This document shows, piece after piece, positions 1-5,687 of a stretch of 18,924 nt of DNA. This DNA comes from Myxococcales bacterium. GTDB taxonomy: Bacteria; Myxococcota; Myxococcia; Myxococcales; Anaeromyxobacteraceae. The notes under the pieces were generated by a model. The model searched no databases and was not told where the DNA came from. It saw nothing but the letters and a program-made list of their open reading frames with translations. Position 1 is the stretch's first letter. Each line of letters opens with the position of its first letter. A program made the position numbers and the translations under genes. The DNA lies in the NCBI GenBank assembly GCA_038320275.1, contig JBBQEB010000069.1:1-18924 (forward strand), in the 5' to 3' direction.

Positions 1-3
1 GGC

Positions 4-33
4 GTTCTACCCTTCTCCATTGCAAGGGGTCAA
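4..33 (-). promoter_or_regulatory. Putative sigma70-type promoter pointing out of the left edge of the window
   Basis: Minus strand reads TTGACC (33-28), 18 nt, TAGAAC (9-4), in a non-coding stretch that is AT-richer than the flanks. The target gene is outside the window. Confidence 0.3.
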
Positions 34-90
34 TCGTTCGGGGCAATGCAGAAGCGCCGGGAATGTGAATGGATTTGACCGAACCGCCGG

Positions 91-183
91 GCGCGAAATG
101 GATGCGCGCCCCGGCGTGCTCGGGGCCGGAAATAGGCCGTCGCGAGAGAGCGGGGTGCAGCGCGGCGCGCAAAAAGTGCGCGC
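91..183. promoter_or_regulatory. Two copies of a GCGCGCA-N5-TGCGCGC palindrome (possible transcription-factor sites)
   Basis: GCGCGAA-ATGGA-TGCGCGC at 91-109 (one mismatch) and GCGCGCA-AAAAG-TGCGCGC at 165-183 (perfect), 74 bp apart. Confidence 0.3.
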
Positions 184-270
184 ACGCGCAGCGCGACGCC
201 GGCCAGGGCAATCATCGCCCCAGCCGGTCCATGAAGCTCCGCGTGCGACATGTAGGCGCAGCGCGCCGCG

Positions 271-963
271 CTAGGCCCTGAGGAACGCCTGGGTGAGGTC
301 CTTCCAGGCCTGTCCCTGCATGACCATCGGCGCGGGGCCGCCCCGAGCCGCAAGGCCCGCCTGGCCCAGCGACGAAGCCAGGAAGCGGTCGAGCCTGTCC
401 GACTCCTCCCTCATCCAGGTGCGGGCGGAATCACCCACGGGCAGCGTGGACCAGCGCGCGTCGTCCGGCTCGAGCGCGCAGAGCCATCCCCGTCCGTAAC
501 CGTCCTCCTTGACGAGCGACGGGTCGCGCTCCACCTCGGCGTTCACCGCGACGACGGTGCCGTTCATCGGTGCGGCGATTCGCGCATCGACGCCGCCGCA
601 CGAGATGACCGCCACCACCTCGCCCTCGGTCACGCGCCGGCCCGGCTCGGGAAGCCGGACCGCCAGAGCCCAGGGGAGGAGCTCCTGCGCGACCCCGTCG
701 ATGCCGAGCCGGACCCTCGCCCCCTCGCGCTCCACCCAGGTGTGGCTGGCGGCATAGCGGACTCCCGGCTTGTAGAGCACGTGCCCCACGCGCCGGAGCC
801 CACGGGCAGCCGGACGCAGCGCCCGCCAGAGCCGCATGGCGCCCAGCGCAAGGAGCACGGGGGAGCCCAGGGCGAGGAGGACGAGCGCCACGAAGCCGAA
901 GCGCGCGAGGAGCCCGAAGGCGAAGGCCGCCACGCTCTGCAGGATGCCGATGATGGCGCTCAT
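271..963 (-). CDS. Membrane-anchored glycine cleavage H-protein-like (GcvH fold) protein lacking the lipoyl lysine
   Basis: 230 aa with a hydrophobic N-terminal ~45 aa. GcvH-like motifs: YAASHTWV, VRLGID..AQELL, LPEPG..V..GE, APMNGTVVAVN, DPSLV..DGYGRGWL. The ESVK lipoyl loop is replaced by SCGG. GGGAGG RBS upstream. Confidence 0.85.
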   Translation of the reverse strand: MSAIIGILQSVAAFAFGLLARFGFVALVLLALGSPVLLALGAMRLWRALRPAARGLRRVGHVLYKPGVRYAASHTWVEREGARVRLGIDGVAQELLPWALAVRLPEPGRRVTEGEVVAVISCGGVDARIAAPMNGTVVAVNAEVERDPSLVKEDGYGRGWLCALEPDDARWSTLPVGDSARTWMREESDRLDRFLASSLGQAGLAARGGPAPMVMQGQAWKDLTQAFLRA

Positions 964-982
964 GGTGTCCCCCTCCCGTTGG

Positions 983-1324
983 CTACTTGTGGCACATGTC
1001 GCAGGAGTCGAGCGCGAAGGCCGTCTTGCCGTGGCACGCGCCGCAGGCGGCGCCCTTTTCCATGGTGGCGTGGACGATCGCCTCGCCGGACGCCGTGCTG
1101 CCGGGCTGCAGCGACTTGAAGGAGCTCGGGTGACAGACGAGGCAGTTGGGCTTCTTCGCGTCCACGTGGCTCGCGTGGCTGAACGTCACCTTGCCCGGGC
1201 TCCCCTCACCCGGGAAGACGTAGTCGGCCGGGAGCCGCTGCAGCGGGCCCCCCGCATCCGCCGCGACGGACACGAGGAGCGCCGCCACCGCAGCGGCCAG
1301 GCGCGCCGCCCGCGCGCGGGTCAT
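983..1324 (-). CDS. Periplasmic triheme cytochrome c, c7/c3 family
   Basis: Signal peptide ending ADA. Three CxxCH motifs (CLVCH, CGACH, CDMCH). VTFSHASH and IVH supply distal His ligands. ATGA overlap with the upstream gene. Confidence 0.92.
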   Translation of the reverse strand: MTRARAARLAAAVAALLVSVAADAGGPLQRLPADYVFPGEGSPGKVTFSHASHVDAKKPNCLVCHPSSFKSLQPGSTASGEAIVHATMEKGAACGACHGKTAFALDSCDMCHK

Positions 1325-1497
1325 GACGCCCTCTCTGCGTGGTGGGCCGGGCCGGCCTTCACGGTGGGGACGCTGCCTGGCGCCTTGGCACCCATGACCC
1401 AGCGCCAGTAGCCGACGAAGAGGATGAGATAGGCGACGGCGAGGAGGTACTCGACGACCTTTGCTCCGTACAGATTGAGGAACTCGTTCTCGTACAT
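1321..1497 (-). CDS. Small single-pass membrane protein (58 aa), HmcD-like accessory subunit
   Basis: MYENEFLNLYGAKVVEYLLAVAYLILFVGYWRWVMG... has one TM helix. GGGAG RBS precedes ATG 1497, 10 nt after the NrfD-family stop. Its stop overlaps the cytochrome start. The ORF track start at 1590 lies inside the NrfD gene, so it was shortened. Confidence 0.75.
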   Translation of the reverse strand: MYENEFLNLYGAKVVEYLLAVAYLILFVGYWRWVMGAKAPGSVPTVKAGPAHHAERAS

Positions 1498-1507
1498 GGC
1501 GTTCTCC

Positions 1508-2737
1508 CTACGCGTCGTGCGCTTCTGCGAAGCGCGGGTCTTCGGACATGATCGGCATCCGGTTGGCGATCCACTTGAAGAGAACCACACCCAGCGTGAT
1601 GAGCGTCACCGAGACGGTGATCTCCATCCACGTCGGCACGTAGTGGTTGGGGCGATTCCAGTTGTAGGCGATGACGGAGACGTTGAGCCGGTTGAGGATG
1701 ATGCCGGCCACCGCCAGCACCGCGCCCCAGCGGACGAACTCGATCTTGCCGTGGCGCGCGCCGTACCCGTAGAGGAGCGACGGGACCAGCACGAAGCCGA
1801 CGATCTCGAGGAGGAACCACAGGCCCCAGCCGGTGAAGAGCAGGTTCCAGTGCCGCCCCTCGGCGACGCCCTGGAGCTTGAGGAAGAAGTAGGCGAAGAG
1901 GGCGATGGAGCCGGCCTTGCCGAGGCCGATCTGCAGCTTGTCCATGTCGACGTGCTCGCCGGAGATGCGGTGCTGGAAGAGGCGGTGCGAGAGCGTGCCC
2001 TCGGCGATCACCATCGAGATTCCGGCGCAGATGGCCGAGATGAAGAAGAAGATGAAGATGTAGGGCGAGTACCAGAGCGGGTGGAGCTTGGCGGGGGCGA
2101 TGAGGAACAGCGAGCCGAGCGCCGACTGGTGCATGGTCGAGAAGACGACCGACAGCACGGTGAGCCCGAGCATGCACTTCGAGAGCGTGTCGTGCGCCTT
2201 GCGCCATCCCAGCCAGGCGAAGGCGGGCACGAGGAACTCGAGCGTGAGCACGGTCGTGTAGCACATGACGCACCAGGCGATCTCGAACAGCGCGGACGCG
2301 CTGCCGTGGTACCGGATGGCCATGATCATGTTCCACGGCTTGCCCAGGTCGGCGAGCAACCCGAACACCGCCAGCAGGTAGCCGATGAAGGCGGTGAGGA
2401 TCGCGGGCCGCACGATGGGGTGGTACTCGTGCATGCCGAACAGGTGAACCGCGGAGCCGAGCGTGAAGCCGCCCGCGGCGAGCACCACGCCGGTCATCAT
2501 GTCGAAGCCGATCCAGATGCCCCACGGCTGGATCTGGGAGAGGTTGGTGGTGGCGCCGAGCCCGGCGGCGAACCGGTAGATCAGCACCGGCAGGCCGAAG
2601 GCGAGGATGACCGCCGCGAGCGCGTTCCAGGGGGTGACGAGCGAGCGGGCGTAGGTGCGGGCGCCCATGCCGAGGAAGAGCTTCTCGTTCATCCAGTTGG
2701 GCCGCGGGGCAGCAACGGCGATGGCTTGGCTATTCAT
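1508..2737 (-). CDS. NrfD/PsrC-family integral membrane quinol-interacting subunit (HybB/HmcC-like)
   Basis: 409 aa with about 10 TM segments. Motifs PWGIWIGFD...GVVLAAGGF, RPAILTAF.GY, DLGKPW, S.LFE...C...Y.TVL.LEF, STMHQSALGSLFLIAP.KLHPLWYS and NRLNVS. Confidence 0.92.
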   Translation of the reverse strand: MNSQAIAVAAPRPNWMNEKLFLGMGARTYARSLVTPWNALAAVILAFGLPVLIYRFAAGLGATTNLSQIQPWGIWIGFDMMTGVVLAAGGFTLGSAVHLFGMHEYHPIVRPAILTAFIGYLLAVFGLLADLGKPWNMIMAIRYHGSASALFEIAWCVMCYTTVLTLEFLVPAFAWLGWRKAHDTLSKCMLGLTVLSVVFSTMHQSALGSLFLIAPAKLHPLWYSPYIFIFFFISAICAGISMVIAEGTLSHRLFQHRISGEHVDMDKLQIGLGKAGSIALFAYFFLKLQGVAEGRHWNLLFTGWGLWFLLEIVGFVLVPSLLYGYGARHGKIEFVRWGAVLAVAGIILNRLNVSVIAYNWNRPNHYVPTWMEITVSVTLITLGVVLFKWIANRMPIMSEDPRFAEAHDA

Positions 2738-3704
2738 GGCTGCTCCGGTTGTCCTCGGTCGCGGGGGGGGGGATGGCGGGGGTGGTGGTGGCGGGCGGTA
2801 CGGACGGACCGTGCGGGTGGCCGTTCGCGGCCTGGTCCCGGCCGCGCTTCGAGAAGGCGTACAGCCCCATCAGCAGCGGGGGCCAGAGCGTCATGACGAA
2901 CGGCGGAGCGCTGAGCGCGCCCTGCACCTTGTCCGGGTAAGCCTCGTCGCGGACCTTGCGCAGGCCGAGCTTCTCGAAGGGGACGTCCGAGATGTAGAGC
3001 CAGTCGGTGCCGCCGGCTTCGTGCTCGCCGTAGACGTGGTGGATGTACTTGTCGGGGGTGCGGTACACGCGCATCTTCGCGAGCTCGAGCAGCGCGGAGC
3101 GCTTGCCGAACATGAGCGCGCCGGTGGGGCACACCTGGGCGCACGCCGGCTTCTTGCCGTCGGCCTGGCGCGACGCACAGAAGGTGCACTTGCGGACGAG
3201 CGGCGCGAGCTTGTCGTACTGGTACTTGGGGATCTCGAAGGGGCAGGCCACCATGCAGTAGCGGCAGCCCATGCAGCGATCGCCGCGGTAGATGACCGGG
3301 CCCGAGGGCTGCTTGTCGAGCGCGCGCACCGGGCAGGCGGAGGCGCAGGCGGGCTCGATGCAGTGCATGCACTGCCGCTTCGCGAACCGGTCCTCGCCGT
3401 CGCGTCCCTTTTCCGTCGCCTGGTTCACGACGGTGAACTGCTCCGGGCCGGTGTCCCGGCGCGTCTTGTAGACCGCGTCGTCCGACGGTGGGGGAGCGAG
3501 CTGGTTCGACTCGGCGCAGGCGCCCTCGCACGCGCGGCAGCCGGCGCAGAGGGTGGTGTCCACCAGCATGGCGTTCTCGTTCTCGCCGCGCGTGTCGAGC
3601 GACTCCGAGCCCTCGTGGGCGAGCGCCGGCTTCGCCTTCAGGGCGACGAGCGCGGTGCCTGCGACGCCCGCCGCCTGAAGGAACCCTCTGCGACTGATCT
3701 TCAT
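2730..3704 (-). CDS. Tat-exported 4x[4Fe-4S] electron-transfer subunit (HybA/HmcB-like) with C-terminal membrane anchor
   Basis: SRRGFLQ twin-arginine signal. Four Cys groups: CAGCRACEGAC, CMHCIEPACASACP, CMGCRYCMVACP, CTFC...PACAQVCP. YGEHEAGGT motif. Hydrophobic C-terminal helix. Confidence 0.93.
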   Translation of the reverse strand: MKISRRGFLQAAGVAGTALVALKAKPALAHEGSESLDTRGENENAMLVDTTLCAGCRACEGACAESNQLAPPPSDDAVYKTRRDTGPEQFTVVNQATEKGRDGEDRFAKRQCMHCIEPACASACPVRALDKQPSGPVIYRGDRCMGCRYCMVACPFEIPKYQYDKLAPLVRKCTFCASRQADGKKPACAQVCPTGALMFGKRSALLELAKMRVYRTPDKYIHHVYGEHEAGGTDWLYISDVPFEKLGLRKVRDEAYPDKVQGALSAPPFVMTLWPPLLMGLYAFSKRGRDQAANGHPHGPSVPPATTTPAIPPPATEDNRSSHE

Positions 3705-3742
3705 GGATGACTCCGTGAGCGTTGCGGAAAAGGCCGTCGGGG

Positions 3743-3814
3743 CTACCGGCTGGAGAAGGACAGGAACGCGAGGAATGCTGCCGCGATGAGGCTGAGCGGG
3801 AATGCGAGGATCAT
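3743..3814 (-). CDS. Putative 23-aa hydrophobic peptide
   Basis: MILAFPLSLIAAAFLAFLSFSSR. Its ATG (3814) overlaps the TGA of the upstream gene (ATGA), with purine-rich AAGGAAGAGG just upstream. It fills the gap before the Fe-S gene. Confidence 0.45.
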   Translation of the reverse strand: MILAFPLSLIAAAFLAFLSFSSR

Positions 3815-4029
3815 GGCCCTCTTCCTTTCGGTGCCGCGTGGGACTCCACTTCCATCTCGCGCACGACGCGACCGAGCCGGCCCGACACCTCGTCGAAGAC
3901 GGAGCAGCTGCGGAAGGCCTCGCCGTCGCATCGGCTCTCGGTGGAGAGCTGATCCGAGGGGACGAGCTTCTTGACCGGGTAGGCCCGGCAGAAGACCATC
4001 GTGACTTCGGTGAGGTAGGGACAGCTCAT
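3811..4029 (-). CDS. Small four-cysteine protein (72 aa), function unknown, probable metal or Fe-S binder
   Basis: MSCPYLTEVTMVFCRAYPVKK...SRCDGEAFRSCSVF, with spacing C-x10-C-x19-C-x7-C. GGAGG RBS at 4040-4036, 6 nt before ATG 4029. No signal peptide. Confidence 0.75.
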   Translation of the reverse strand: MSCPYLTEVTMVFCRAYPVKKLVPSDQLSTESRCDGEAFRSCSVFDEVSGRLGRVVREMEVESHAAPKGRGP

Positions 4030-4053
4030 CGTGCGCCTCCACAGCACTTCCTT

Positions 4054-4070
4054 TCCACGCGCCGGGCCAA
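4054..4070 (-). promoter_or_regulatory. Putative sigma54 (-24/-12) promoter of the redox operon
   Basis: Minus strand TTGGCCCGGCGCGTGGA versus consensus TGGCACG-N4-TTGC. GG-N10 spacing is correct but -12 is GG rather than GC. It sits just upstream of the first RBS, next to a sigma54 activator gene. Confidence 0.5.
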
Positions 4071-4092
4071 CATGAAGGTCGTGCTCAAAGAT

Positions 4093-4108
4093 TCTCAAGC
4101 GCTTGAAT
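4093..4108. promoter_or_regulatory. Putative IHF binding site
   Basis: Palindromic core TCAAGCGCTTGA (4095-4106). One mismatch to WATCAANNNNTTR on either strand. Lies between the promoter and the palindromic boxes. Confidence 0.4.
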
Positions 4109-4126
4109 TCGCAGCGGATTGCTCGC

Positions 4127-4265
4127 CGTCGAATTCCTCGACGCCCCCCACTTCGGCCCTGGATCCGTCGAGAATCTCGACGACCGTCCCGGCCGGGGTC
4201 ATCGCAAGAGGCTGGAATTATGGATGATTCGGTGAGTTAAGGGCTCAGCGTCGAGAAACTCGGCG
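4127..4265. promoter_or_regulatory. Three CGTCGA-N5-TCGACG palindromes, putative upstream activator sequences
   Basis: CGTCGA-ATTCC-TCGACG (4127-4143), CGTCGA-GAATC-TCGACG (4166-4182), CGTCGA-GAAAC-TCGGCG (4249-4265). Confidence 0.7.
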
Positions 4266-4286
4266 AGCGATGGAATGTTTTACACC

Positions 4287-5687
4287 CTAGCGGGGGCCAG
4301 AGCCTTCGTCTTCGGCCCGGCGAAGCTGATACCGCTTCATCTTGTTGTAGAGGGTCATCCGGTCGATCCCGAGCACGCGGGCTGCCTGGGTGACGTTCCC
4401 ACCGAGCGAAGCCAGCACCTTCGCGACGTGCCGCTTCTCGAGCTGCTCGAGGGTCTGTGGCTCGTCGTCGGAAGGGGCGGCGCCCGCCGGAGCCGGCTTC
4501 GGGCCGGCAGACGCGAGGCCAAGGTCCGCGAGCTGAACCACCCTGCCCTTCGCCACCACCGCGCCCCGCTCGAGCACGTTCCGCAACTCGCGGACGTTGC
4601 CCGGCCATCCATGCGCGACCAGGGCCGCCATGGCGTCCGGCGAGACGGCCTCGACGGGCCGGCCGAGCTCCGTCGTGAGCCGCGCCAGGAAGTGCTGCAC
4701 CAGGAACGGGATGTCCTCTGGGCGCTCGCGCAGCGGGGGCAGCCGGATGGGGATGACGTCGAGCCGGTAATAAAGGTCTTCGCGGAAGCTGCCGCTCGCC
4801 ACCGCCTTGGCGAGGTCCCGATTGGTGGCCGCGATCACCCGCACGTCCACGGCGATGCTCTCGGAGCCCCCCACCCGCTGCACCTTCCGCTCCTCGAGCA
4901 CGCGGAGCAGGTCGAGCTGGAGCTTGGTGGAGATGTCTCCCACCTCGTCGAGGAAGAGCGTCCCGCCGTGGGCGAGCTCGAACTTGCCCTTGCGCCGTGC
5001 CACGGCGCCGGTGAACGCCCCCCGCTCGTGGCCGAAGAGCTCGGACTCGAGCAGCGTCTCGGTGAGGGCGGCACAGGAGACCGCGACGAAGGCCTCCTTG
5101 GCGCGCGGGCTGGCCGCGTGGATGGCCCGGGCGAGGACCTCCTTGCCGCTTCCGCTCTCCCCCAGCACGAGGATGGTGGAGGCGGAGCGGGCCGCCACGG
5201 CCGCCAGGTCGAAGACCCGCTGCATGGCAGGGCTCTTCGAGACGAGGTCGTGGAAGCCGTATTCACGCTTGAGCGCCTGGCGAAGCTCGCGATTCTCGTG
5301 GACGAGCGCCTGCTGCGAGGCGATGCGCTGCACCAGCGCGGAGAGCTCCTCCGGGTCGAAGGGCTTCACGAGGTAGTCGTAGGCGCCAAGCTTCATCGCG
5401 TGGACCGCGGTGTCCACCGTGGCGTAGGCGGTCATGAGGACGAACACCGCGTCAGGTCGGGCCCGCCGACCCTCCTCCAGGACTTGCAGCCCGTCCACGC
5501 CGGGCATCTTGAGGTCGACGATGACGATGGCCCACGGCTCGGCCGTGAGCCGCTCCAGCGCGACCCGCCCGTCGTGCGCGGTCTCGACCGTGTAGCCGTC
5601 CTTCTGCAGCCACCCGCAGAGCGATTCGCGGACGATCTCCTCGTCATCGACGACGAGGATCCTGACCTCGCTGCGCTCTCCGCTCAC
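4287..5687 (-). CDS. Sigma54-dependent response regulator (NtrC/AtoC family: REC-AAA+-HTH)
   Basis: ILVVDDE and DLKMPG receiver. GESGSGKE Walker A, ESELFGHERGAFTGA, LFLDEVG, FREDLYYRL, WPGNVREL, and a Fis-type HTH (GGNVTQAARVLGIDRMTLYNKMK). GTG start overlaps the kinase stop. Confidence 0.97.
   Translation of the reverse strand: MSGERSEVRILVVDDEEIVRESLCGWLQKDGYTVETAHDGRVALERLTAEPWAIVIVDLKMPGVDGLQVLEEGRRARPDAVFVLMTAYATVDTAVHAMKLGAYDYLVKPFDPEELSALVQRIASQQALVHENRELRQALKREYGFHDLVSKSPAMQRVFDLAAVAARSASTILVLGESGSGKEVLARAIHAASPRAKEAFVAVSCAALTETLLESELFGHERGAFTGAVARRKGKFELAHGGTLFLDEVGDISTKLQLDLLRVLEERKVQRVGGSESIAVDVRVIAATNRDLAKAVASGSFREDLYYRLDVIPIRLPPLRERPEDIPFLVQHFLARLTTELGRPVEAVSPDAMAALVAHGWPGNVRELRNVLERGAVVAKGRVVQLADLGLASAGPKPAPAGAAPSDDEPQTLEQLEKRHVAKVLASLGGNVTQAARVLGIDRMTLYNKMKRYQLRRAEDEGSGPR

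Noticed and set aside
271..963. Calling this gene gcvH and inferring a glycine cleavage system
   Set aside because: The lipoyl lysine is absent, it has a membrane anchor, and no other gcv genes are in the window.
1508..3704. Calling the locus a hydrogenase-2 (hyb) operon
   Set aside because: No [NiFe] large or small subunit and no maturation genes are present. Only the electron-transfer pair is similar.
3701..3745. Read-through of the micro-ORF TAG would run 13 more codons to a TGA overlapping the Fe-S gene ATG
   Set aside because: The TGA arises automatically from ATG-AAG, the frame match has about a one-in-three chance, and there is no evidence for recoding.
4127..4265. Interpreting the repeated palindromes as a CRISPR array or transposon ends
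   Set aside because: Only 17 bp with variable centres and irregular spacing (39 and 83 bp), and no cas or transposase gene in the window.
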